Notes under the pieces: generated by a model | What the model was told of the DNA's origin: nothing | The model's input: only the letters and a program-made list of their open reading frames with translations | The model's database searches: none | Made by a program: the position numbers and the translations under genes | Shown: positions 20,178 through 29,211 of the stretch, piece after piece | Layout: every line of letters starts with the position of its first letter | Position numbering within the stretch: the stretch's first letter is position 1 | Assembly (NCBI GenBank): GCA_002420115.1 | Contig: DIHK01000007.1 | Span: 60,136-124,135, forward strand | Length of the DNA: 64,000 bases | Origin: Nitrospira sp. UBA5698 | GTDB taxonomy: Bacteria > Nitrospirota > Nitrospiria > Nitrospirales > Nitrospiraceae | Reading direction: 5' to 3'

Positions 20178-21388
20178 CTCGCCCTTCTCGGAACTACTGA
20201 ATACTCAAGCTGATCCGAAGAAACCGGCCCCATAGCGGCACCTACCGGTTGCGCGGGGGTTGCAGAATTGGGCAGTCCCACGGGTGTATCCAGCCGATCG
20301 ACGGCTTGCTTGTTCCCACCTGGGATGAGGTGTCCGTAGAGGTCCACGGTCACCTGAATGGAGCTGTGGCCCATCTGATCTTTCACATAGACCGGGCTTT
20401 CCCCGTTCTGCAGCAGGAGCGAGGCGAAGGAGTGACGTAAGTCATGGAACCGGACTTGTCGCACGCCCGCCCCTTTCAGCAGACGGAAGAATTTCAGGCG
20501 GATCCGGTTCTGATTCAGTGGCTGGCCCTTCTCGTTACAGAAGACCCATGGGGGGCCTTCCTTCCATCCACGTGCGGCCGCTTGAAACTGCCGATCAAGC
20601 TGCAGCGTTTCCAAGGTAGCTGTCAGTTCACGAGACAGGTCCACGCGTCGAGATTCGCCGCTTTTGGGCGTAGTCATCTTGCCGTGTGTGAAATTTCGAC
20701 GGACCTCCACGAAACGCCCCGCAAAGTTGATATCCTCCCACTGAAGGGCCAGAAGCTCGCCTTGCCGTAATCCGGTTCGAGCTGCACAGAGGAACGCCGG
20801 ATAGAGAGTCGGCGCCATGGTCTTCGTATAGGCCAAGAAGAGGGCTAGTTCCTGTCCGGTCAAGGGATTGATCGAACGGCGTTTGCTGATCTTCGGCAGG
20901 AACTTGCCGGGCCGCAGGGCCGGATTGACCGTGACGAGATTATCCTCCACGGCGTGACTGAACAAGCTGCTGATTGTGCGGATGATGTTCTGCACGGTCT
21001 TGGCCGACAAGCCCCGTTGCAGACAGCCGACGGCGAACGCCTTCACCTTCTCCCGGGTGATCTGTTGGAGATCCTGTCCGCGAAAGACCGGGAGAACATA
21101 ACGGTCGAAAATCTTTCGGTAGTCGTCGTGCGTGGTATGTTTACGGGTCTGTTCGATCCGTTCAAGAAAGGTCTGGGCATAGGCGTCGAGGGTCACGCTG
21201 GTCTGTGGGCGGTCGAACGCCGCTTGCCCCAGTGCCAGCCGAGCTTGGATCTGTTGCGCTACCTGCTTGGCAGCTTTCCTGCCAGGCTCTCCGGTGCCAA
21301 TCCGCTTGGCCTTGCGCGTGCCTTGATGGTTGATAAAGACCCACCAAGCCCCTTTCCACTCTCGAATCTTCACGCCCATGAGGCCCAT
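20120..21388 (-). CDS. int: Tyrosine recombinase/integrase; C-terminus reads through attL into the tRNA antisense strand
   Basis: ARTGLRQGEL, RFHDLRHSFAS, MGHSSIQVTVDLYGH. Confidence 0.95.
   Translation of the reverse strand: MGLMGVKIREWKGAWWVFINHQGTRKAKRIGTGEPGRKAAKQVAQQIQARLALGQAAFDRPQTSVTLDAYAQTFLERIEQTRKHTTHDDYRKIFDRYVLPVFRGQDLQQITREKVKAFAVGCLQRGLSAKTVQNIIRTISSLFSHAVEDNLVTVNPALRPGKFLPKISKRRSINPLTGQELALFLAYTKTMAPTLYPAFLCAARTGLRQGELLALQWEDINFAGRFVEVRRNFTHGKMTTPKSGESRRVDLSRELTATLETLQLDRQFQAAARGWKEGPPWVFCNEKGQPLNQNRIRLKFFRLLKGAGVRQVRFHDLRHSFASLLLQNGESPVYVKDQMGHSSIQVTVDLYGHLIPGGNKQAVDRLDTPVGLPNSATPAQPVGAAMGPVSSDQLEYSVVPRRASGVDDGFRTRDLRIHNPAL
20155..20181 (+). repeat. attL core, 27 bp TTCGAAACCCGTCATCCACCCCACTCG
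   Basis: Exact copy at 37051-37077; covers the tRNA-His 3' end. Confidence 0.95.
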
Positions 21389-21399
21389 CTTGGGGGATC

Positions 21400-21714
21400 C
21401 TATGCTCGTTCTGTCAAGCGCCGAAGGTTAGGTGCCTGGACTTGCGAAACGACCGCGTCGACCAGTTCACTAAGATTGTCTGTACAGTTAGAGACTCGGT
21501 GTCTGGCAATCCATCGATCGAACTCTTCACGTTTCACAAGAATCTTTCCTTCAATTCGGTAGCAGGGGAGTGGATGGTTTCGATCAACAAGGCGATTCCT
21601 CAACCATCTGACCGAAGTGCACGAATAGGTCGCCAACGCTTGGAGATCGAAATAGCCGGGTGCTGCCTTGTTATCCAAGGATCTCATAGCGAGCGTCGTC
21701 TTGGTGCCCGTCAA
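21400..21714 (-). CDS. Excisionase-like winged-HTH protein
   Basis: YFDLQALATYSCTSVRWLR..LPCYRIEGKILVKREEFDRW; immediately upstream of int; start may be 21687. Confidence 0.8.
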   Translation of the reverse strand: MTGTKTTLAMRSLDNKAAPGYFDLQALATYSCTSVRWLRNRLVDRNHPLPCYRIEGKILVKREEFDRWIARHRVSNCTDNLSELVDAVVSQVQAPNLRRLTERA

Positions 21715-21795
21715 GATTTGGCTGCCTCGTCGATTGTCAGAATGGTCATGATTGTCCTAGAAAGGTACGAGGCTCCCCAGACCATTCGGCAAACA

Positions 21796-24195
21796 TCATG
21801 CTGAAATCCCTCGCACCCGCATGACTGACGGCATTTCGTCGAACACCGCCCGCGCGATCTCGCGCCCGCTCAATTCCACAGTAATGCTGACGGGCCCGCC
21901 GCCGCTCCCGCCGCCCATCGCCTCACGCATAAACGACGCGCCGCGCTTGTTGAGCGGAATCACCGCCTCACTGCTGCCCGCCTCACCGATCATGCCCAAC
22001 GTCGGCCCCGTGACCACGCCGCCGTCGGCAAACGCAAACGCCATCAGCGACCCAATAGCCGCGCCGATGATCGCCACACCCGCCAGAATGGCAATGCCGT
22101 ACGGAATGCCGAAGATCGTCGCCGCCGCCGCCGCCGCGATGGCCGACAGAAACGTCATGAGCGCGGTCCCGATCGACACAAAGAAGGGAATCAGCGTTGC
22201 CGTAAAAAATCCGGTGATCGCTCCAGTGAGCGCCGCAAAGGTGCCCGTGATCCCCGCCGCCGCGCCAGCCCATATGCTCGTCGTCGCCGTAGCCGCCGCC
22301 GCATCGCCCGCCACGATCGTGGCATTCTTCGCCGCATTGATCCCCATAGTCGAGGCCGCCGTGGCCGACACAATGCCCAGCTCTACCGAGGCCTGCAGCG
22401 CCAGCGCCGCCGCCTTCTGAATGCCGAAATTCAAGAGCCCCTGCAGCACGGCCACCTGCGTCGACTTCCAGGCCTGCTCCACAAAATTGCCGCCGTTCAC
22501 CGCCGCATTCGCCAGGCCCGACGTCCAGCTGGTGGTGATCTGCCCGATGGAAAAGCTATTGCTTTGCACGATGGCCTGCATCTGTTGCTCAAAAAACGTC
22601 GGAAACTGCTGAATCGCCTGCCGCCGCCGCGTGTCCATCTGTAGATCCAGATTCATGATGGCCGCCGCCTTCTTTTTCTCATCGAAAATCGTTTCCTCGA
22701 TCACGCGCTTCTGCAGAGCCCCCTCCGCTGCGATCAAATCCATCCGCTTCATACGCGCAATATCCGAGGCCCCGAACAATGCAAACTCAGACTGAAAGAG
22801 CGCCTGCTGCGCCTCGTCGACCACCTTGGCCCGCTCCGCTGCCATCTCAAGCGCGTCGTTGCGATGTTTCCAGGCCTCGGTGGCCTCTTGGACTATCTGA
22901 TAGCCGGCTTCTTCCTCCTGGGTGATCACAGCGAGTTTTTGCTCGGTCTGGAAATACAGATCCAGCTCCTTGGATAGATCTCCCTGAATGCGTTGATGAA
23001 TTTGTAACAGTGTCCGTCCGAGAGCCTCCTGCGCTTTTTCCTCGGACGTGAGCGCCCCAAGTTGGGACTGCGTCATTTGCACGATGACGCGTCCAAGCGC
23101 TTCCTGGGCATTTTGTTCCGCCTTTACCAAAGTGTTCTTGTGGATGAACTGCCCGAGCAATCGGTGGCCGATCTTTTCCTGCTGCTGCCCTAAGGCAATG
23201 GCGCGCTCCTGCACGTGGGTGTCCTGCTGGCCAACAGGCGGAGGGGGAACCGCCGGGGGTGGCAGTTGCGCGGCTCTCAGTGCCGCTGCTGCCGAAGCCA
23301 GCCCAGGCATGAGGCCCGAGAGAATCGGATGGTCGGTTTTGACCTTGTTCAGCTCAGTCGAGAAATTTGAAACCAGACCTGTCAATTTCGTCACGCCGCT
23401 GGTCATCGTCTCGATGCCTTGCGTGACGGGCCCGGCAAAGACCAGGGAAAGGCGTGTCTTCAGCCCATCAACGGCCTTTCCAAGCTTGTCATAGGAATCG
23501 TCCGCTTCTGTCAAGGCATTCATTTGCTCATGGCTGAGCACCAATCCAAATCGCTTCGCGGCCTCACTCGATTCGTCAAGCGCCTTGGATCCACGATTGA
23601 GGACTGGGATCAGTTCTAGCCCCGCCTTGCCAAACAGCTCAACAGCGAGACGCGATTTCTCTGGCCCATCCGGCATTTCCTTAAAGCGGTCCGCGACCGC
23701 TCGGATCGTCGACTCCGTCGATCCCAGCTCGGTGATGGAGATGCCCATCTGATCAAACAGCGCGGCGGCTTTCGTCGCTGGATTTTGGGCATCCACGATC
23801 TGCCTTGAAAGGGTTCGCATCCCCGAGGTGAGTGTTTCTGCCTGAAAATTGTTTTGTGCCATGACCACCGACCAGGATTGCAGGCTCTGCGCATTAATTC
23901 CGGTTCGCTGGCTGAGATGGTCGATTGCCTCCGCCTCTTTCCCCGCCTGGAGGGTTAAGGCCACAGCAGAGGTTGCCGCTGCCGCCACGGCTCCAGCAAG
24001 GACTCCCGCCGCTGCCGCACCGCCCTTTGCCAGGTTCATGAAATTATCAATGGATGTACCGAGGCTGCCGCCGATTGCATGCCCTGCCGATTCTGCGCTC
24101 GCCGTGAACCGATCAAGGTTGCGTTGCACGTTATCGAGCGTCTTCATAAGTGGGTTGGCATCCGCCACGAGTTCCAGTGCAATTCGATTCGCCAT
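21796..24195 (-). CDS. Phage tail tape measure protein, 799 aa
   Basis: LSQRTG..LQ, AVADRFKEMPDGPEKSRLAVELFGKAG, Ala/Gly-rich hydrophobic segment, C-terminal FADGGVVTGPTLGMIGEAGSSEAVIPL; GAAGGAG RBS. Confidence 0.9.
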   Translation of the reverse strand: MANRIALELVADANPLMKTLDNVQRNLDRFTASAESAGHAIGGSLGTSIDNFMNLAKGGAAAAGVLAGAVAAAATSAVALTLQAGKEAEAIDHLSQRTGINAQSLQSWSVVMAQNNFQAETLTSGMRTLSRQIVDAQNPATKAAALFDQMGISITELGSTESTIRAVADRFKEMPDGPEKSRLAVELFGKAGLELIPVLNRGSKALDESSEAAKRFGLVLSHEQMNALTEADDSYDKLGKAVDGLKTRLSLVFAGPVTQGIETMTSGVTKLTGLVSNFSTELNKVKTDHPILSGLMPGLASAAAALRAAQLPPPAVPPPPVGQQDTHVQERAIALGQQQEKIGHRLLGQFIHKNTLVKAEQNAQEALGRVIVQMTQSQLGALTSEEKAQEALGRTLLQIHQRIQGDLSKELDLYFQTEQKLAVITQEEEAGYQIVQEATEAWKHRNDALEMAAERAKVVDEAQQALFQSEFALFGASDIARMKRMDLIAAEGALQKRVIEETIFDEKKKAAAIMNLDLQMDTRRRQAIQQFPTFFEQQMQAIVQSNSFSIGQITTSWTSGLANAAVNGGNFVEQAWKSTQVAVLQGLLNFGIQKAAALALQASVELGIVSATAASTMGINAAKNATIVAGDAAAATATTSIWAGAAAGITGTFAALTGAITGFFTATLIPFFVSIGTALMTFLSAIAAAAAATIFGIPYGIAILAGVAIIGAAIGSLMAFAFADGGVVTGPTLGMIGEAGSSEAVIPLNKRGASFMREAMGGGSGGGPVSITVELSGREIARAVFDEMPSVMRVRGISA

Positions 24196-24212
24196 GATGT
24201 CTCCTTCGCGTA

Positions 24213-24677
24213 CTACGTAAAGAACCGATGGATCCCTGGCAAGTCCGGCTGATTGCCGTCAGGCAATTTCTTCACTCTTGAGTGGGCCACGGGGGACGCG
24301 CCGAGCTCTGCCAGCGCGCGATGATAGGCCGTCCTCGCGGTATCCCGAATACGAACCTCCGGCCGCATGCGGATGACAGTTCCCGCCTCGCCCGTCGTTT
24401 CATAGGTCAGGCCTTTCTCTTGGATAATTCGATCTGCAGTCGTCATCTGTGAAAACGCAGAGACGGCGACGAGTAACATGCCTCCACTGGCAGGACTCAA
24501 AATCGGAGCCAGGCGCTCGACCAACCGATCCCACTCTTCGCTCGCGAGCGTGTCGAGGCTCGAGGGCTTCTCAATTTCTCCAGCCGTAAACGGCTCACCG
24601 GTATCCGATACCGGCCGATGGCCCGGGTTACCGGAAAGCAGCCTTAACCGCTCGTCTTTGGGTTTGCGGCCCTTCAT
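24213..24677 (-). CDS. Terminase small subunit, P27 family
   Basis: MKGRKPK..LLSGNPGHRP, LDTLASEEWDRL, ELGASPVAHSR (start refined to ATG 24677). Confidence 0.88.
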   Translation of the reverse strand: MKGRKPKDERLRLLSGNPGHRPVSDTGEPFTAGEIEKPSSLDTLASEEWDRLVERLAPILSPASGGMLLVAVSAFSQMTTADRIIQEKGLTYETTGEAGTVIRMRPEVRIRDTARTAYHRALAELGASPVAHSRVKKLPDGNQPDLPGIHRFFT

Positions 24678-25051
24678 AAATCTTCCATCACGTTCGGAAT
24701 GGTTGGGGTGCATCTCAGTGCATGACACGCGACTAAATACGGTTCTTTCCAATCTCTCGACGCCAACTTAGAACCTGGCATTCCCCACCGACGCGCCAGC
24801 TGTTCGATCTTGACCCGATACGAGAACGCCTGCGCGGCTAACTCAATGAGAGGTCCGTCATGAAGGAAGATGCCGTCTGGCTGCGCTTGCCGTTCGGCTA
24901 CGAGCCGGTTCCATTCGCGTAAGGCATCTGCATCAAGTCCAGCGGGCATGGGAGGAGTTCCCTTCATCGGTCCGACAATTTCGAAAGGATGAGCGACCTT
25001 TCTTGAAGTTTCATGCTCGGCTTGTGGACCTTTACTCATGATCACCTTCAT
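24674..25051 (-). CDS. Divergent second P27-type TerS paralog
   Basis: PAGLDADALREWNRLVA aligns with PSSLDTLASEEWDRLVE; ATGA overlap with terS. Confidence 0.55.
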   Translation of the reverse strand: MKVIMSKGPQAEHETSRKVAHPFEIVGPMKGTPPMPAGLDADALREWNRLVAERQAQPDGIFLHDGPLIELAAQAFSYRVKIEQLARRWGMPGSKLASRDWKEPYLVACHALRCTPTIPNVMEDL

Positions 25052-25061
25052 CCATCACAGA

Positions 25062-25160
25062 GGGGGAAAATATTCCCAATTTCGCGGCGGCATACGGTGA
25101 GGGAAGACGGTCGGTCTACGCTGAAAACCTGTAGAGATTTCACCCCCCTACCCCCTCCTT
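25062..25160 (-). other. Putative cos packaging site (HK97-like)
   Basis: Between HNH and terS genes: GGGGGTAGGGGGGTGAAATCTCTACAG..GACCGACCGTCTTCC..CGCGAAATT, resembling cos regions of HNH-terS phages; exact nick site not determinable. Confidence 0.65.
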
Positions 25161-25492
25161 CTTTCTGAACCTGTCTTGATATTGTGACATCGCGTGCATA
25201 GAGGCTGAAGGTTACACTCATCATCCGTGCCACCATTCACCTTCGGCCTTATGTGGTCCACCAGCACAGCCCTGCTCCGCATACACAAACGACAGAATGG
25301 GAATCGTTTCAGATACTCAGCCCTCAGCTTTCTCCATTGCCGATCGTACCCTCTTGCCGTCGAGCTCCCACGCCGATCGTCATAGAGCCGTGGTTTCTCC
25401 GCTTGTGGCACCACAGGCCGCGCATGCTTCGCACAAGGGCCCAGCACCGGACATCCAGCAACGGGGCAGGGTCTCTTCGGCAGCATCGGCAT
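25148..25492 (-). CDS. Terminase-associated HNH endonuclease (HK97 gp74-like)
   Basis: RGSSTARGYDRQWRKLR..PFCRLC..VDHIRP..GG..NLQPLCTRCHNIKT; AGGAG RBS before ATG 25492. Confidence 0.9.
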   Translation of the reverse strand: MPMLPKRPCPVAGCPVLGPCAKHARPVVPQAEKPRLYDDRRGSSTARGYDRQWRKLRAEYLKRFPFCRLCMRSRAVLVDHIRPKVNGGTDDECNLQPLCTRCHNIKTGSERRRG

Positions 25493-25628
25493 CAGGCCAC
25501 TCCTTGTCGTATTCCGGCGGCAGTCGCAGCTAAACCCCTCGGGTTGAGATCTGCGACTCCGGGCGGACGTGTACGGTAACGAGTCGCACACGCTCTCCAT
25601 GCTGACTTGTGACCATTCATTGCATATC

Positions 25629-25895
25629 CATCGTTGCAACTCCCCCTCTTATAAAGAGGGGGGTTGCAATCAACGATGCCCTGCAACGATCACCGTTGCA
25701 GGGAAACGGTTTGTGAATCAATGAGTTATAGAGAGTTGCAACGCTGCAACGATCTGCAACGATGAAAAGGCTGCAACGATGCGCTGCAACGATGAAATTC
25801 ATAAGCCATAGTTGCAACGAAAACCCTTTCCTATGGCGATGTTTCAGCGATTGTGCAACGATGCAACGCTCTGCAACGATATTCCTGCAACGATG
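25629..25895. repeat. Iteron-like array, putative origin: 11 direct + 2 inverted TGCAACG, GC hairpin 25634-25669, IHF consensus 25716-25728
   Basis: Counted by eye; AATCAATGAGTTA matches WATCAANNNNTTR; lies immediately 3' of the helicase-like gene. Confidence 0.75.
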
Positions 25896-25912
25896 GCTGA
25901 ACGGGGATGAAC

Positions 25913-27151
25913 TCATCGGTTCACACAAGTCCATTTCGTCTCGCGTCCACTGCCGATCGAGTGCCACTTCTGAGCATTCTGGCGCGACAGGGTACTCTTA
26001 ATCGTGGCCACGGGCGCCGCCAAGGCATCGGCAATCTCTTTGGCCGAATAAACGCCGCCGTCCTTTTCGAGAAAGTTCCGGATCCGGCTGGCAATAGGGA
26101 GCCCTCGCTCGAGTTCAAGCGTCTGGCTCAGGTCGCACGCTTCGTACGCCATTGCCGTGTTCGTCGCATTCTGGCGCACGCGCAAGCCGATGGGCGGATG
26201 TAGCCGGCTCAAGTTCGACTTACGATTGAAGAGCCCGAGCACGGATTCATCGGCGCCAACGTCCTGCTCTTTCTTCAGCTCCCAAGTCGACCGGGCAAAG
26301 TTCTTATAGAACACCGAGCCATAAATGCCGGCCTCTTGTTGCTGCTCGTTCATCTTGGGAATATGAGCCAGCACCAGAGCACCCCGGTTCAGCATCCGCA
26401 GGGCCCGAAACGCTTTCGTGGCCGCTTCAGCACTTGCATCGCCACAGGTTGCAGCAGCCAGACTATCCAGGATGATGAAATCAATGCGCTCAAGTTGAAC
26501 GAGCCGGAGCAAGGTCGGGAGAATGTTCCAGATTGGTTCGTGATGGGTTTGATAAATCAGCTCGGCAGACTTCAGGGCAGGGTGGCAGGTGGCGATCGCC
26601 TCACGGCGCCGCGCGTGCACATCCAGCGTATCCTCGTAATCCAGGTACAACACTCGACCTCTCACGGCACTCAGGCCGGCCACCGATTCCCCACTCGAGA
26701 CGAGCATACCCATCAAGAGTGCCAAAGAGCTTTTCCCGAGCCCGCCATCGCCATACAGAATGGTCACCTTGCGAGAGAACACAATCGGATTAAGCTGATA
26801 GCTGAGAGTTTCGACCGGCGTCTCGGCGTTCAGCCGATGGGGTGGCTCGCCCTCTCGGAAGCGGCGGAGAACAAGCACAGCGGTCGCTTCGATCAACCGA
26901 GTCCAAGCAGGCAGCTCCAGCCGGCCATCATATTCATGAACTTTCTTGGCGACGCGGCTTTTGTCACCATTGAGATTGACCCTCGCACCTTCACACAGAG
27001 TCTTGTCTCCGTCGAGCACCGTGAACTCTGAAACAATCCCCTGCGATTGTCTGGTGAGGTATTCCACGAGAAAACGAATGTTGCTTTCCGGCCAATGCAC
27101 AGAGAACCCATTGCCCAAGTCGGAAATCTCAGGATCGCGGGGGGACATCAA
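25913..27151 (-). CDS. RepA/DnaB-like AAA helicase with C-terminal HTH
   Basis: Walker A GDGGLGKS, YLDYED, Walker B IILDSL, LAHIPK, GSVF. Confidence 0.85.
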   Translation of the reverse strand: MMSPRDPEISDLGNGFSVHWPESNIRFLVEYLTRQSQGIVSEFTVLDGDKTLCEGARVNLNGDKSRVAKKVHEYDGRLELPAWTRLIEATAVLVLRRFREGEPPHRLNAETPVETLSYQLNPIVFSRKVTILYGDGGLGKSSLALLMGMLVSSGESVAGLSAVRGRVLYLDYEDTLDVHARRREAIATCHPALKSAELIYQTHHEPIWNILPTLLRLVQLERIDFIILDSLAAATCGDASAEAATKAFRALRMLNRGALVLAHIPKMNEQQQEAGIYGSVFYKNFARSTWELKKEQDVGADESVLGLFNRKSNLSRLHPPIGLRVRQNATNTAMAYEACDLSQTLELERGLPIASRIRNFLEKDGGVYSAKEIADALAAPVATIKSTLSRQNAQKWHSIGSGRETKWTCVNR

Positions 27152-27524
27152 GCCCTCCTTGCGTAGCTGAGCCAGGCAGCACCGTTCGGGCGATTGCGCG
27201 TCGAAGGGCTTGCAGCTCAGCGTGAAGGGTACGCACCTTAGCCTGCACTTGAGCCAGTTCGGCTTCGACAGTGGAACTCATATGCGGCAGCCGGCAACCG
27301 TGACGGATATACGCAGAAAACTCTCGATCGCACAGTGCATTGATATAGGTCAGCGATGGACGCGAAGGATGGCGGCGAGAACGAAACCCTGTTCGATATG
27401 GGCGAGGTCGCGTGTCGGAAACAAAGAGATCCGACATTGGGCAATCGAAGGCGTCCTCCTGATATTCTTGAGGCATCAGCAGCGTCCCTTCGCATCTAGC
27501 AAAAGTGACACACATATCAGCCAA
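27129..27524 (-). CDS. Hypothetical protein with C-terminal coiled coil
   Basis: Co-oriented ORF overlapping the helicase start; start uncertain. Confidence 0.4.
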   Translation of the reverse strand: MADMCVTFARCEGTLLMPQEYQEDAFDCPMSDLFVSDTRPRPYRTGFRSRRHPSRPSLTYINALCDREFSAYIRHGCRLPHMSSTVEAELAQVQAKVRTLHAELQALRRAIARTVLPGSATQGGLDVPPRS

Positions 27525-27527
27525 AAC

Positions 27528-27911
27528 TTAACCAAGCTGCGCTTTGGTGCCAGCATGGGCTCCCTCATCCACGGGCAGGGGATTGTCGATTGACCGTCCG
27601 GCCCGAACGGTCGACGCCTCGTCAGGTGTAAGCAGGCCACACTGCTCACTGAGATCGATCAGTTTCATCAGATCAAAGAATGATGGCTGCATGTTGAGAT
27701 TGATCAGATGCGCGTAGAGCGCTTTGTGGTCATCTGGCAGCAGGGGGAACATCCGATCGAGCTCATCGCTGGCAAGATGAGCGCACCGAAGTATCTGCAC
27801 CATCTGCCGGGCGACGAACCTGGGCACGGTATAGTCCGGCGGCGCGGCCACCTTGTGGCGCGGCTCCTGAAGACCTGCACGTTTCGCTTTCTTAATCTTC
27901 CACATGGCCAT
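27528..27911 (-). CDS. Hypothetical protein
   Basis: Co-oriented ORF in the element operon. Confidence 0.55.
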   Translation of the reverse strand: MAMWKIKKAKRAGLQEPRHKVAAPPDYTVPRFVARQMVQILRCAHLASDELDRMFPLLPDDHKALYAHLINLNMQPSFFDLMKLIDLSEQCGLLTPDEASTVRAGRSIDNPLPVDEGAHAGTKAQLG

Positions 27912-28001
27912 TCCACCACACGTTTCTAACTGGCAATCGTCAGTGCACGCCCGTCCTCGGATGCGGCTAGCTTGCACCGCATCCGAGCTCCTGCGCAGTC
28001 A

Positions 28002-28295
28002 TCACCCACGCGAGCGGAGTGCAATGACTCCCTCAAACGCCGTTGGAGTGCCCCCCGCTTCCAAAAGGGCGAGCTCCGTCTCGGCCTCCCATCTACGCAG
28101 ACGCACTCTAGCCTTTGCGAGGTTGGTTTTAGCGTGCCGCTCATCAGTTCCTGACTGCTCAATGGCGCGTCGAAGCATGGTGCGGTACTCCGAAGTGTGT
28201 TTGAAGCGACGCAAGCTCCCCGCAGCCGTTGCACACTCGTAGTTACTGCGTGAGTCAAATTTACCGTCCAATCCGATCAACGAGTATTCGCGCAT
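28002..28295 (-). CDS. Hypothetical protein
   Basis: GGAGGA RBS, co-oriented. Confidence 0.6.
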   Translation of the reverse strand: MREYSLIGLDGKFDSRSNYECATAAGSLRRFKHTSEYRTMLRRAIEQSGTDERHAKTNLAKARVRLRRWEAETELALLEAGGTPTAFEGVIALRSRG

Positions 28296-28308
28296 GGCAT
28301 CCTCCCTC

Positions 28309-28941
28309 TTATGCTATGACCAATTCAGAATGATCGATGGATGGCAGCGCCGCCTGCAGTCCCTCTAACTCCTGTCGCAATTCATCTTCGGTCCGATCCA
28401 AGTACTTCAGCTCCTCAGCACGGGAGCGCGCCGCCAGGACAGCACCCGCTCGCCGACTAATGGCCGGGGCGTTACTGAACCTAAGTCGGGGCGTTTTGGG
28501 ATTATCGGCAAATAAATTCTTGTCACCAAAACCGATGTGCGTCTTTGGTATGAGCTTGACGAGCTCAGTATGTTCGGCATTCATGGATTCGATGAATTTA
28601 TCGAGCTGGGCGGAACATGTAGTCCGCAACAGGGCAAGCTGCTTGTCAATTGCAGCCGAATTCTCGATCCACTCGCACCACAACCGGGATGTGTTGGCTC
28701 GAACGCGCTCCCGAAGTTCAGCGAGCTCGATCTCGAGATCGGCAATACGTGCCTCATCAGCCACCATGTCAGCTTTCCGAGCATCGAGTGCACACATCTT
28801 CCCCTTGAGATCATTCAACCGTGCAAGAATGCTGGCCCGCTCGGGCACTGCAGGTGCAGCCGAAGGTGGTTTCGTAGTAGGGCTGCTTGTATGCGACAAT
28901 TCCTCACGAAGTATTGATTTGACGATCGCTCGAAAATCCAT
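28309..28941 (-). CDS. Coiled-coil hypothetical protein
   Basis: AGGAGG RBS before ATG 28941; heptad pattern. Confidence 0.7.
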   Translation of the reverse strand: MDFRAIVKSILREELSHTSSPTTKPPSAAPAVPERASILARLNDLKGKMCALDARKADMVADEARIADLEIELAELRERVRANTSRLWCEWIENSAAIDKQLALLRTTCSAQLDKFIESMNAEHTELVKLIPKTHIGFGDKNLFADNPKTPRLRFSNAPAISRRAGAVLAARSRAEELKYLDRTEDELRQELEGLQAALPSIDHSELVIA

Positions 28942-28997
28942 GAATCGCTCCTCCTTGTTGTCGTCAATCCTTATCACACAGACCATTTGGCATTCGT

Positions 28998-29192
28998 TTA
29001 CCCACCAGCCGGCCAGATCACGCCTACAGGGAAGCCGATCGCGTGGGCGATCAGCTCCTTCGCTTCATCGGACGGACAAAGGTAATAATCCTCGATTTGG
29101 ATGATAGTTTCCGGAGGTACGCCTGCTCGGGCAGCTACCTCTTCGACTGAGAATCCGATGCGCTTCCGCAAGGTTTTCAGGTTTGGCGACAT
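28998..29192 (-). CDS. XRE-family HTH protein
   Basis: LKTLRKRIGFSVEEVAARAGV..TIIQIE. Confidence 0.85.
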   Translation of the reverse strand: MSPNLKTLRKRIGFSVEEVAARAGVPPETIIQIEDYYLCPSDEAKELIAHAIGFPVGVIWPAGG

Positions 29193-29211
29193 CCATCCCT
29201 CCCTATCTGCA

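Noticed and set aside
19762-20178. ORF MGWMTGFEPATSGSTIRRSNQLSY..
   Set aside because: Antisense translation of tRNA-His and pyrF, a common artefact
21821-24220. Plus-strand Ala/Pro-rich ORFs over the TMP
   Set aside because: Shadow frames of a GC-rich, Ala-rich gene
25629-25895. Repeat array as CRISPR
   Set aside because: Units are 7-10 bp with irregular short gaps; no spacers or cas genes
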